A stretch of DNA of 64,000 bases from Bacteroidota bacterium (GCA_042584005.1 JBHOTF010000008.1:27-64026); one strand, 5' to 3'. Counted from the stretch's first letter, positions 19,381-29,591 are shown. Numbers and translations are program-made. Notes: a model not told the origin generated them from the sequence alone.

Positions 19381-20693
19381 CACCCCTTAATAATAAATTT
19401 AAGTAACAATCCCAGCTTAGGCCTTTTTCCCTGTAACAATATTGCAGACCTGAAGATTCTTCCTCCTGCCCATACAGAGAATATTGCAAATATTAATACT
19501 CCAATCATACCAACTATTGGTTGCCATAGTGGAATAGCAACAGGAGATGCCATTCTGGCTACCATAAGCATTGGTGTAAAAGGTGGAAATAATGACAAGC
19601 CGGTTGCCAAACTACCCATAGGATTCTGAATAATGACTAATATTAACATCATCGGAATAAAAAGAGGCACCATAGCAGGAAATTGCATTGATTGTGCATC
19701 CTTGGCATCATTACAGGCAGATCCCAGAGCGGCCATAATTGATCCAACCATAATAATAGCAAGTACCATATATACAAAGAACCATGGAATAACCTCCAAA
19801 GGTATTTTGTCAAGAAAATTCAATTGACCAGCAGTAAAAACTATGCCAATAATATATATTGACGATGTAGTTAAGGATACTCCCACTCCGCCCATTATTT
19901 TCCCCATCATAAATTGAAAAGGAGTTACTGATCCAAGTAATACCTCCGCAATTCGTTCTCCTTTTTCTTCCATAACCGCACTAAGTAACGGAATTGCAGC
20001 CATCATTAACATCATAAACATAAGCAACATCATAAAATATGGTAAAAGAACAGATTCCAGCTCATTACTACTTTTTGCTTCATTAATATCACCTGTTTTT
20101 TCATCCATACTTATTAATCCCATCCCTTCAACACTATTATAATAAAACAGATCTTGTAAAATATTTTGATCCAGCTTAAGCTCTTCAACTCTTAATTGTT
20201 TAAGATGGTTATTGATCAATCTACTCACCCAACCTAAAAAACTATCCATAGAAGAGTTCTCTGAATAATAAAAAATTCTCGATTGTTTCCCTTCCCCCAC
20301 TGGATGAACAACATCAGGAGATATATGCACAAAACCATGCAATTCTCTTTCTCTAACCCGGTTTGATAATTCCAGTTTTTGCTTATCCAGATCATTTTCA
20401 GCCTGAACAATTTCTATAAGATAAGCAGGTTTGTTTTTTTCTTTGGTTTTCTCGTCAAATATTTCATTCTTATTACGATAATCAGCTGCTTCCTGAACTT
20501 TTTTTGCTACTACTCCGGATTCATCAATTAAAACAACTTTTTTATCCTTTGTGTCTACTTTATCTTTTAATAAAGCATATGCCAAAAATCCACCTCCCAT
20601 AAATATTGGAAGAACAATTAAAGCTATTAAAAAGCCTTTGGTTCGAACAGATGCGATATATTCCCTTTTTGCGAGTATCAGTATTTTTTTCAT
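19380..20693 (-). CDS. ABC-2 type permease (NatB/YhaP-like)
   Basis: MKKILILAKREY start, EEKGERIAEVLL, GKIMG, PPFTPMLM. Confidence 0.88.
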   Translation of the reverse strand: MKKILILAKREYIASVRTKGFLIALIVLPIFMGGGFLAYALLKDKVDTKDKKVVLIDESGVVAKKVQEAADYRNKNEIFDEKTKEKNKPAYLIEIVQAENDLDKQKLELSNRVRERELHGFVHISPDVVHPVGEGKQSRIFYYSENSSMDSFLGWVSRLINNHLKQLRVEELKLDQNILQDLFYYNSVEGMGLISMDEKTGDINEAKSSNELESVLLPYFMMLLMFMMLMMAAIPLLSAVMEEKGERIAEVLLGSVTPFQFMMGKIMGGVGVSLTTSSIYIIGIVFTAGQLNFLDKIPLEVIPWFFVYMVLAIIMVGSIMAALGSACNDAKDAQSMQFPAMVPLFIPMMLILVIIQNPMGSLATGLSLFPPFTPMLMVARMASPVAIPLWQPIVGMIGVLIFAIFSVWAGGRIFRSAILLQGKRPKLGLLLKFIIKG

Positions 20694-20694
20694 A

Positions 20695-21603
20695 TTAATC
20701 TTCTTTTTGTGGTGAAGCAATTCTAATAAAAATATCATTCAGAGAGGGAGCAGAGAGCTCAAATTTCAACACTTTTGTCTTTTCCATTATTTCAGATAAA
20801 ATTTCCTGAGAATCTACACCTTTTTTAATTCTTATTTCCTGAACCTGGCCAAAATCATTTATTTTATCAATACCCGAAATTGATTGTAATGCACTATTAC
20901 CTTGCTCAGTATGAACCTGAATTGTATCCATTCCGTATTTTTCCTGAATGGATGTAAGAGTGCCATCCAGTACTTTTTTCCCCTTATATATCATAAAAAT
21001 AAAATCGCACATTTTTTCAGCAACTGACATATCATGCGTACTGAATATTATTGTGGAACCTTGAGATTGTAATTCCAAAACAATTGATTTTATAATTTCA
21101 GCATTAACAGGATCAAGTCCGGAAAAAGGCTCGTCCAAAATAATTAATTTGGGCCTGTTAATTACAGTAATTATAAACTGTACCTTCTGACTCATCCCCT
21201 TACTGAGAGTCTGAACTTTTTTGTTTGCCCATGCTGTCAGGTCAAATTTCTCAAGCCAGTAATCAGCCTCCGCACCGGTATTTACAACTCCTTTTAATTC
21301 AGCATAAAATTTGATAAGTTCTTTAACCTTCATCTTTTTATACAGTCCCCTTTCTTCAGGGAGGTATCCTACCCCATCAAGTCGGCTACCAAGAAATTTT
21401 TTTCCAAACAATTGAATATCTCCACTGTCAGGATACAGGATATTCATTATCATTCTGATGGTCGTTGTTTTTCCAGATCCGTTAGGACCAATAAAACCAT
21501 AAATACTGCCCTTTGGAACCTCAAGTGAAAGCTTGTCAACTGCAACATGCTTACCAAAAGTTTTGGTGATGTTTTCCAGCTCTATTATATTCATATTTTC
21601 CAA
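20695..21603 (-). CDS. ABC transporter ATP-binding protein (NatA/YhaQ-like)
   Basis: GPNGSGKTT, LSKGM, ILDEPFSGLD, STH, PSLNDIF. Confidence 0.93.
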   Translation of the reverse strand: MENMNIIELENITKTFGKHVAVDKLSLEVPKGSIYGFIGPNGSGKTTTIRMIMNILYPDSGDIQLFGKKFLGSRLDGVGYLPEERGLYKKMKVKELIKFYAELKGVVNTGAEADYWLEKFDLTAWANKKVQTLSKGMSQKVQFIITVINRPKLIILDEPFSGLDPVNAEIIKSIVLELQSQGSTIIFSTHDMSVAEKMCDFIFMIYKGKKVLDGTLTSIQEKYGMDTIQVHTEQGNSALQSISGIDKINDFGQVQEIRIKKGVDSQEILSEIMEKTKVLKFELSAPSLNDIFIRIASPQKED

Positions 21604-21633
21604 TTATATTGGTAAAAAATAATTTTTATCCAG

Positions 21634-21641
21634 CAAAGATA
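21634..21641 (-). promoter_or_regulatory. Bacteroidota -7 promoter box
   Basis: Minus strand TATCTTTG about 30 nt upstream of the ABC ATPase start. Confidence 0.55.
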
Positions 21642-21788
21642 ATCTTTCTGTTCACTTCAATTTACAATTAAGCTCTAATATTACTATTAGTCTTTAATAT
21701 TTATAAATTATTACATTTTTCGAAAAATATTTTTGGTTTTTTTCTCCAACAGGTAAATATTATTGATCTTATGTGCCCAAATTACAAT

Positions 21789-22102
21789 GAATTACGGTTG
21801 AGCCGTAGGCGAAACCAAATTACACGAGTTTAGCAATTGAATAACGTGAGCGCAGCGAACAAATAACACGAGCGTAGCGAGTGAATTACACGAACGCAGT
21901 GAGTGAATAACACGAGCATAGCGAGTGAATAACACGAACGCAGTGAGTGAATAACACGAGCATAGCGAGTGAATAACACGAACGCAGTGAGTGAATAACA
22001 CGAGCATAGCGAGTGAATAACACGAACGCAGTGAGTGAATAACACGAGCATAGCGAGTGAATAACACGAACGCAGTGAGTGAATTACGTGAACATAGCGA
22101 TT
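21789..22102 (+). repeat. Mini-hairpin array (copy 2): leader hairpin plus 13 x 22-bp units, including four perfect 44-bp A/B dimers
   Basis: GAATAAC-ACGAGCATAGCGAGT alternating with GAATAAC-ACGAACGCAGTGAGT (21905-22080); leader GGTTGAGCCGTAGGCGAAACC. Confidence 0.95.
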
Positions 22103-22154
22103 TTTTATCAGGAATGTATTAAATTAGAAGCTTCTCATTTTAATATTAAGTGAT

Positions 22155-23939
22155 ATGAAGATAACCCGGACATTCGATCTTCTGGAAAAATATAAGGCTG
22201 AATTCAATAAAGAAGATGCTTTTGCTGTAAAACAAGATGGTTCCTGGATAAAATATAGTACTGATGAATATATTAATTATTCATATTGGTTTTGCTACGG
22301 GATACAAAAACTTGGTTTAAAAAAAGGTGATAAAATAGTTACTATTACTAATAACAGACCGGAATGGAACTTTGTTGATATGGGAATGGCTATGGCCGGA
22401 ATTGTTCATGTTCCGGTTTTCTCTACTCTTAACCATAAAGAATATCATTATATTTTACAACATTCGGACACCAAACTGGTATTAGTTTCCGATAAAAAAC
22501 TTTACGATTTAGTTAATCCTCTTTGTAATTCTATTAAATCGATTCAAAACATTTATTCTTTTAATGAGATAGATGGTGCTAAAAACTGGATGGAAATTAT
22601 TGAAAGTGGCAGATCATCAGAAAAAGATTATAAAGAAGAAACAGAAATCATAAAGGAGAATATTTCCCCTGATGATCTGGCTACAATAATCTACACTTCA
22701 GGAACAACAGGACAGCCAAAAGGAGTAATGTTATCGCATAAAAATCTGGTTAGCAATTTTATATCTGCTGCCGGAGTATTCCAGCTTAAAACTACAGACC
22801 GGTATTTAAGTATTCTTCCTTTATGCCATGTAGGGGGACGATTAGGAAATTATCAAACTCAATATAGCGGATCAAGTATATATTATGCTGAAAATATGGG
22901 GACAATAGCAATCAATATGAAGGAGATTCAGCCACAAGGCTTTGATGCTGTTCCCAGAATTCTTGAAAAGATATACGATACCGTTATTGCAAAAGGAAAA
23001 AAACTAAAAGGATTTAAAAAATTTATGTTTTTCTGGGCAGTTAAAGTTGGCTCAAAATATAAAACTCCTGATGAAAGCAGCTGGCTTTATAGAAAAAAGT
23101 TAGCAATTGCCGACAAACTAATTTTTACTAAATGGAGGGAAGCACTTGGCGGGAATATTAAGCTTGTAGGATGTGGTGCAGCTTGTTTACTACCTCATCT
23201 TGAAAGAATCTTCTGGGCATGCAATATCAAAATAATAAACATGTACGGACTTTCTGAAACATCTCCTATAATTACAATTAACCGAACAAAAAAACCTGAT
23301 CTCAAACTTGGTTCGGTTGGAGCATTGATTAAAGATGTAAAAGTAAAGATAGCCGATGATGGGGAAATTATGTGTAAAGGTCCGAATGTAATGTCTGGTT
23401 ACTACAAAGACCCTGAACTTACTAAATCAGTATTTGATAAGGACGGATGGTTTCATACTGGTGACATAGGATTTCTCGAAGATAATAAGTTTCTTAATGT
23501 GACAGATAGAAAAAAGGAAATCTTTAAACTGTCAACAGGGAAGTTTATTGCACCACAATTAATTGAAAATACTTTTAAACAATCAATATTCATCGACCAG
23601 ATCATGATTATAGGAGAGCATCAAAAATTTGCCAGTGCTCTGATTTCTCCAAATTTCTCCTACTTTAAAGACTGGTGCAAAAATGAAAATCTTCAATATT
23701 CCAGCAATGAGGAATTAATTAATCTCCCCCAGGTAATAAATCTTTTTAATGATGTGATAAAAAAAACAAATAAAACACTTAATAATCATGAAATAATTAA
23801 ACGTTTTAAGCTTGTTGCCAGCGAATGGTCACCAGGAGGCGGGGAACTATCGCCTACCTTAAAACTCAAACGTAGAAATATTGAAAATAAATATAAAATT
23901 TTGCTGGATCAGATATATCCTCCAAAAACAGACTATTGA
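22155..23939 (+). CDS. Long-chain fatty acid--CoA ligase (FadD/FAA1 family)
   Basis: IYTSGTTGQPKG, YGLSET, GWFHTGDIG, DRKK, PTLKLKR. Confidence 0.93.
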   Translation: MKITRTFDLLEKYKAEFNKEDAFAVKQDGSWIKYSTDEYINYSYWFCYGIQKLGLKKGDKIVTITNNRPEWNFVDMGMAMAGIVHVPVFSTLNHKEYHYILQHSDTKLVLVSDKKLYDLVNPLCNSIKSIQNIYSFNEIDGAKNWMEIIESGRSSEKDYKEETEIIKENISPDDLATIIYTSGTTGQPKGVMLSHKNLVSNFISAAGVFQLKTTDRYLSILPLCHVGGRLGNYQTQYSGSSIYYAENMGTIAINMKEIQPQGFDAVPRILEKIYDTVIAKGKKLKGFKKFMFFWAVKVGSKYKTPDESSWLYRKKLAIADKLIFTKWREALGGNIKLVGCGAACLLPHLERIFWACNIKIINMYGLSETSPIITINRTKKPDLKLGSVGALIKDVKVKIADDGEIMCKGPNVMSGYYKDPELTKSVFDKDGWFHTGDIGFLEDNKFLNVTDRKKEIFKLSTGKFIAPQLIENTFKQSIFIDQIMIIGEHQKFASALISPNFSYFKDWCKNENLQYSSNEELINLPQVINLFNDVIKKTNKTLNNHEIIKRFKLVASEWSPGGGELSPTLKLKRRNIENKYKILLDQIYPPKTDY

Positions 23940-23963
23940 TAATCCAGATAATCCTTTAACTTA

Positions 23964-25133
23964 ATGCAAATAACCAGAGTATCTGATAAAAAACTAAGAC
24001 AAGAATTCACTGATGTAGCCAAAATAATTTACAAAAATGATTCTGTATGGGTATGTCCTCTCGACATGCAGATAAATGAAATTTTCGATCCGGCACAAAA
24101 TACATATTACACACACGGTATTGCAGAACGATGGGTACTGAAAAATGATAAAAATGATTTAATTGGCAGAATAGCGGCATTTATCGACTTCAATGTTGCA
24201 AAATCACATGACCAGGCTACCGGAGGAATTGGATTTTTCGAATGTATTGACAATCAAGATGCTGCATGTCTGCTTTTCAATAGAGCAAAAGAATGGCTGA
24301 TAAATAATGGAATGGAAGCAATGGATGGCCCCATAAATTTCGGTGAAACGGATAAGTTCTGGGGACTTCTGGTTGATGGTTTTACTCATCCTTCCTATGA
24401 AATTGCATATAATCACAAATATTACCAGAATTTATTTGAATCTTACGGATTTAAGACCTATTACAAACAAGAAGGTTTTCATTTTGATCTTAAAAAAGAT
24501 ATTCCTGCCCGTATTTTGAAAATTGCCGAATGGGTTGTAAACAAACCAGAATATGAATTCAAACATTTTACATGGAAAAGACAGGATAAATTCATTTTGG
24601 ATTTTGTTGAGGTTTATAATATTGCCTGGAAATCTTTCAAGGAAAATTTCGAGCCTATAAAACTTGAATACATAAAAAAAACACTTAAAAAAGCTAAACC
24701 AATTATTGATGAAGAATTTATCTGGATTGCATATAAAGATGGAGACCCTATTGCAATTTTTTTAATGTATCCTGATGTTAATCTTATACTTAAACATTTG
24801 AATGGCAAGCTTCATTTGTTTAATAAACTTAAATTTCTTTATCTAAAAAGAAAAAAGACCATAACCAGAGTTAGAGGAGTTTTGATGGGGGTAATACCTA
24901 AGTATCAGAATCTTGGTATTGAATCAGCTATAATATGGCATTTACATCAGGTATTTAAAAGAAAAACACAATACGAAGAAATAGAATTCTCCTGGGTTGG
25001 TGATTTTAATCCCAAAATGAGAAGAATCTTTACATCTGTCGGAAGTAAATCAGTTAAACACTATATAACCTACAGATATTTGTTCGACCGGAATAAAGAA
25101 TACAAACGCCTTCCAATACCCGACATAAAATAA
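23964..25133 (+). CDS. GNAT-family N-acyltransferase (YghO-like)
   Basis: GRIAAF, GFFEC, GLLVDGF, GVIPKYQNLG. Confidence 0.75.
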   Translation: MQITRVSDKKLRQEFTDVAKIIYKNDSVWVCPLDMQINEIFDPAQNTYYTHGIAERWVLKNDKNDLIGRIAAFIDFNVAKSHDQATGGIGFFECIDNQDAACLLFNRAKEWLINNGMEAMDGPINFGETDKFWGLLVDGFTHPSYEIAYNHKYYQNLFESYGFKTYYKQEGFHFDLKKDIPARILKIAEWVVNKPEYEFKHFTWKRQDKFILDFVEVYNIAWKSFKENFEPIKLEYIKKTLKKAKPIIDEEFIWIAYKDGDPIAIFLMYPDVNLILKHLNGKLHLFNKLKFLYLKRKKTITRVRGVLMGVIPKYQNLGIESAIIWHLHQVFKRKTQYEEIEFSWVGDFNPKMRRIFTSVGSKSVKHYITYRYLFDRNKEYKRLPIPDIK

Positions 25134-25225
25134 TAATTTGTAAAATAATATGCCCCAGTGCATATTTTTCCATAAATCATTTTTTCATGCATATTAAAAC
25201 AATAGACAATATTGTTGCCTGAGAA

Positions 25226-26167
25226 ATGAACAAATTACCTAAATATAATCGTAGATCAATTCGCATAAAAAATTACAATTATGCAAATCCGGGATATTAT
25301 TTCATAACCATTTGTACATATAATAGAGAAAATTTATTTGGTAAAATTGTAAATGGAAAAATGATATTAAATTCAAATGGAAATATTGTAAAAAACGAAT
25401 GGTACAAAACGTTTAAAATCCGAAATAATATTATTTTGGATGCATTTGTTATAATGCCCAACCATTTCCATACCATAATCAATTGTTGTGGCAACAATGG
25501 CCATTATTATTATAATGGTGATATTTATAAAAATCCGAAACATCCCTATAGGGTCACGGCGCATTGTAAAAATATCGTTACGGGAAATCATAAATATAGG
25601 GACACGGCGCATTGTAAAAATATCGTTACGGGAAATCATAAATATAGGGACACGGCGCATTGTAAAAATATCGTTACGGGAAATCATAAATATAGGGACA
25701 CGGCGCATTGTAAAAATATCGTTACGGGAAATCATAAATATAGGGACACGGCGCATTGTAAAAATATCGTTACGGGAAATCATAAATATAGGGACACGGC
25801 GCATTGTAAAAATATCGTTACGGGAAATCATAAATATAGGGACACGGCGCGCCGTGTCCCTATATTAAATGCGCGCCGTGTCCCTATATTAAATGCGCGC
25901 CGTGACCCAATATTAAAACACGCACAAAAACAATATACGGCGGACCGTGACCCCACAACGGAACAATTTGGAAAACCAACATCGGGATCAATCCCAACAA
26001 TTATCAGGTCATTTAAATCTGCGGTAACAAAACGAATTAATGTTGATAATAAAACACCTGGGGGAAAAATATGGCAAAATGGTTATTATGTGCATATTTT
26101 TCGATCAAAAAATAAATTGGATATTATTCGAAAATATATTATTAATAATCCAAAAAATATGAAATAA
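25226..26167 (+). mobile_element. REP-associated tyrosine transposase (RAYT, IS200/Y1 HUH family) with in-frame repeat expansion
   Basis: RRSIR..YNY...GYYFITIC, HUH motif MPNHFH, IIRSFKSAVTK, WQ.GYY.HI.R, YIINNP carrying the presumed catalytic Tyr. Confidence 0.9.
25547..25918 (+). repeat. 6 x 48-bp left-arm repeats, a perfect 34-bp palindrome and 3 x 24-bp right-arm repeats inside the RAYT
   Basis: Unit TATAGGGACACGGCGCATTGTAAAAATATCGTTACGGGAAATCATAAA; palindrome AATATAGGGACACGGCGCGCCGTGTCCCTATATT at 25833-25866. Confidence 0.95.
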
Positions 26168-26284
26168 GGTCACGGCGCGCCGTGTGACTATATTAAAACA
26201 TACAATAAATCAACATAATACGTGCCGTGACCCTGTATCAAAACATACAATAAATCAATATCATACAGGCCGTGACCCTATATA
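26165..26284 (+). repeat. Degenerate REP copies downstream of the RAYT
   Basis: TAAGGTCACGGCGCGCCGTGTGACTA, GCCGTGACCCTGTA and GCCGTGACCCTATA separated by AAAACATACAATAAATCAA. Confidence 0.8.
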
Positions 26285-26285
26285 A

Positions 26286-26368
26286 GCAACACAAATGAAA
26301 CATAAAATTCAACAGTCACTGGTCACTGTTTCAAATATGCAACACAAATGAAACATAAAATTCAACAG
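26286..26368. repeat. 30-bp exact direct repeat duplicating the 3' end of the YgeY-like gene
   Basis: GCAACACAAATGAAACATAAAATTCAACAG at 26286-26315 and 26339-26368. Confidence 0.9.
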
Positions 26369-27521
26369 CAGTAAGCAGATCCTTTATTCTCACCTGATCG
26401 GTAGGAGTATGAGCATGTATTTCTTCGCCGGGGCCAAAACCTATTGATGGAATATCATATAATCCTTTTGTTGCTACACCATTGGTAGAAAATACCCATA
26501 CACCTGTTCCTGTTTCTTTACCAAACTGATCAGTATATGCTACTTTTGCTTTTTGCACCAGCTTGTGATTTTCATCCATTAACCACATCGGGTAATATGC
26601 CTTAACAGGATATTCCAATCCTGTATAACATTCAGCTTTATAATCAGGTATAATTACTTTTGCAGCTGTGGCTTTTACAGAAGGTAAATTTTCTATTTCG
26701 GCAATTGATGTTTCAATTGTTTCTCCTTCGCTTAATCGCCTGTCGAGATGAATAGTACAACTATCAGAAACTGCACAAAGAGAAGGTGTATCGGAGCAAA
26801 TATCTGTAACAGTAACAGTTCCTTTTCCGAGAATAGATTGGCTCTTCAAATCATTATTTAGTTTTTCAACATCCTGTAAAATGGAAGCCATTTTATAAAT
26901 AGCATTCTCCCCTCTCTCAGGTGCTGAACCGTGACATGATACTCCATCAGTTTTTATCTTCATTTCCATACGGCCTCTTTGCCCTATATTTATTGCCAGA
27001 TTTGTAGGTTCGGTTAAAAGAACTGCTTCAGGACGAATTTTTTCCTCATTTATCAGATATTGCCAGGAGGCCCCTTCAAGAGTTTCTTCAAGTACCGAAG
27101 CAACTACTACAACCGCTATATCAGCTGGCAACACCATGTCTTTCAATATTTTTCCTGCATATACTGCTGCAGCCAATCCGCCTTTCTGATCGGAGGCTCC
27201 TCTTCCATAAATAACACCATTCTTCAAATCACCTTTGAAGGGATCTACCTTCCATGTATCCAGGTTGCCAACATTCACAACATCACAATGGCCATCAATT
27301 GCTATGATACGGTTCCCAACTCCAATCCTGCCAATCAGGTTACCCATAGGATCGATCCATACTTTATCGTATCCAAGTTTTTCCATTTCCTGCTTTATCC
27401 TTTCAACAACCTCTTTTTCTTTACCGCTGGTTGAAGGAATAGCAATAATTTCCCTTAAAAAATTTACCATGTCCAGCTGTAAAAATTCAGCACGATTTTT
27501 AATCTTTTCTCTAATCGTCAT
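26331..27521 (-). CDS. YgeY-family M20 metallo-hydrolase
   Basis: DGHCDVV, GRGASDQKGG, VLEE, TEPT, GQRGRME, GVSCHGSAPERG, FSTNGV, GFGPGEE..AH. Confidence 0.85.
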   Translation of the reverse strand: MTIREKIKNRAEFLQLDMVNFLREIIAIPSTSGKEKEVVERIKQEMEKLGYDKVWIDPMGNLIGRIGVGNRIIAIDGHCDVVNVGNLDTWKVDPFKGDLKNGVIYGRGASDQKGGLAAAVYAGKILKDMVLPADIAVVVVASVLEETLEGASWQYLINEEKIRPEAVLLTEPTNLAINIGQRGRMEMKIKTDGVSCHGSAPERGENAIYKMASILQDVEKLNNDLKSQSILGKGTVTVTDICSDTPSLCAVSDSCTIHLDRRLSEGETIETSIAEIENLPSVKATAAKVIIPDYKAECYTGLEYPVKAYYPMWLMDENHKLVQKAKVAYTDQFGKETGTGVWVFSTNGVATKGLYDIPSIGFGPGEEIHAHTPTDQVRIKDLLTAVEFYVSFVLHI

Positions 27522-27644
27522 TTTAATTATTTATTTGTTCATCTATTTATTCATTCTATAAAATCAACTTTTAAATGTCTAACAAATCTTAAATCAAATA
27601 TCTAAAATCTCTATTCCTAAATCCATAATAATTGATTACAATTA

Positions 27645-29414
27645 TTATGGCAGGTATCTCCAACTTGTGAGATCCGATCCTTCAGGTGCTGATGTGAGAA
27701 TACGTTTAAGAATTTTAGGCGCAAACATTTGATGATATCTAAGCCGTGATAAGGCATTTGGCCTGGTTTGATCTCCATTCCAACAATGTTCTGCTCTGTC
27801 GCCGTAATCAACCTCTCCATTATAATAAGGATATTTTGTGCTTTCCAGAAATTCTTCAACCAGATAAACTGCATTATTAAGATAATAATTATCCATATCC
27901 CCACAGTAAATATGTAATTTTCCTTCCAGCTTAGGCCCTATTATTTCCCAATCGCGTTTTAATATATATCCGATATCATAATTCTCCTTCCAATATTGAG
28001 CTACTTCATGATCAATTTTTCCGGTTATTTTATCCCATATTCTTTTTGGATATCCATTCTCTCCTACAGGGCTATAAACAGCCTCCCAAATATCCCACTG
28101 ATCGCCAGAACGACTGTTAGTTCCAAGAACTAGCTCCCGGTAATTTGCTGATTTTAAACTTGTACTGATATGTCCCAGATAGTTTCTTTGTCCCGGCCTT
28201 AATGTTTTTTTAAAGTGCCCCTGAGAATAATATGCATTTTCATCTTTATAAATATCAACTACAGTATATGCTCTGAAGTCGATGGGATCGGGACAGGCAG
28301 CATAACAACCATTATATTCATCAGGATATAAAACCTGCACAGCAAGGGCTTCCCAACCACCTGTTGAGCCACCATACAGAAACCTTGACCAGCCTTTCCC
28401 GATACCTCGGAATTTCTTTTCAATATATGGTATCAGTTCATATGTTATTGCATCTCCATAGGGGCCGAGGTTCTCAGAATTCACTGCATATGAATCATCA
28501 TAATATGGATTTGCATGCTGAATTTCAATTATCAGCATTCTAGGAAAATCCGGACCTGTCCATTCCTTATAAAACAAATGAGCATATTCCTGTTGTAAGC
28601 GGTTATATCCTTTCATATCGAACCTACTGCTATAATCCGGTTCAAGATCAGGATCAGGAGGAGTTTCTCTAAAACCACTAAAATCATGTGGAAAATGGCC
28701 ATGATTGATCACAAGTGGATAATGTGCTTGAGGATGTTCATCAAAACCTTCAGGTAATAATATATGTGCACCAAGATACATGGGTCTGCCCCAAAATTCG
28801 CTAAGCAGTTTACTTTGGATTTTCACATGTTTAATATATTTTGTTTCCGGAGGATCTTCGATTGGCGGTATTTCATTATCCATTACTATTTGAAGCTTTT
28901 TTCTTTTATCCGGATAAATACTAAATTTTACAGGAGTACTATAAAAATTACCCGGCGAGCGATTCCATTTTTGTCCTTCTCCCTGATCCATAGGCAGTTT
29001 CACAATATAGCCATCAGACCTTGTAAATGTTTCATATTTATGCAAAAGAGCCTGAACATAATATTCTCCCGGAGGAATTTCTGAAAGATCTTCAACCGGA
29101 AATCCCAATACACCACCTCCAATAATTATTTTCTCACCGGCTTTAAATCCTTCAACATTAACACCGAAAATTTGCTGAGTATTTTGCCCGTCACTAATCT
29201 GAAAACGAGGTTCATTATCATTATTATTCGATATCATTAAAAGCAGACGCCCATCAAAAGCCTCCTCAGAAAGATCATTGTTAAAAGAAATTTCAAATTT
29301 CAATTTTGATTTTTTTACCGAATTTTGATTCATACAGGATACTACCATCATTATTATCACAACTGGCAGAAAATAGAATAAATACTTAATTTTTTTCATC
29401 AGGTTTTCCTCCAT
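27645..29414 (-). CDS. Lipoprotein with alpha/beta-hydrolase (putative esterase) domain, paralog 1
   Basis: Lipobox VVSC; PYYDDSYAVNS.N.GPYGDA; GGSTGG nucleophile elbow; GDMD and HCW as candidate acid and His. Confidence 0.75.
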   Translation of the reverse strand: MEENLMKKIKYLFYFLPVVIIMMVVSCMNQNSVKKSKLKFEISFNNDLSEEAFDGRLLLMISNNNDNEPRFQISDGQNTQQIFGVNVEGFKAGEKIIIGGGVLGFPVEDLSEIPPGEYYVQALLHKYETFTRSDGYIVKLPMDQGEGQKWNRSPGNFYSTPVKFSIYPDKRKKLQIVMDNEIPPIEDPPETKYIKHVKIQSKLLSEFWGRPMYLGAHILLPEGFDEHPQAHYPLVINHGHFPHDFSGFRETPPDPDLEPDYSSRFDMKGYNRLQQEYAHLFYKEWTGPDFPRMLIIEIQHANPYYDDSYAVNSENLGPYGDAITYELIPYIEKKFRGIGKGWSRFLYGGSTGGWEALAVQVLYPDEYNGCYAACPDPIDFRAYTVVDIYKDENAYYSQGHFKKTLRPGQRNYLGHISTSLKSANYRELVLGTNSRSGDQWDIWEAVYSPVGENGYPKRIWDKITGKIDHEVAQYWKENYDIGYILKRDWEIIGPKLEGKLHIYCGDMDNYYLNNAVYLVEEFLESTKYPYYNGEVDYGDRAEHCWNGDQTRPNALSRLRYHQMFAPKILKRILTSAPEGSDLTSWRYLP

Positions 29415-29591
29415 ATTATATGTAAATGATTATTAATCTTTAATCCACCATGGACTTCACCCACGCCCATAAATTTACCTACTTTCGTTGCTTTTCAACA
29501 ACTCACAATTCACCATTTGTATATTGTCTCTTCGCTAACATCAACCACGCATAACAATGTATGGTTACTCATTACCGCATAACACATTAAC

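Noticed and set aside
21792-22067. Minus-strand ORFs of 91 and 73 aa (also 19292..19489)
   Set aside because: Open only because the tandem repeat lacks stops; the translation is repetitive with no protein-family features
21789-22102. CRISPR array
   Set aside because: The period is only 22 bp, the intervening segments are two alternating repeats rather than unique spacers, and no cas genes are present
25547-25866. CRISPR array or DGR template inside the RAYT
   Set aside because: The 32-nt segments between REP arms are identical; there is no adenine-specific variation and no reverse transcriptase in the window
25373-25868. Alternative-frame ORFs over the RAYT repeats
   Set aside because: By-products of the 48-bp periodicity; only the 25226..26167 frame carries the HUH and Tyr motifs
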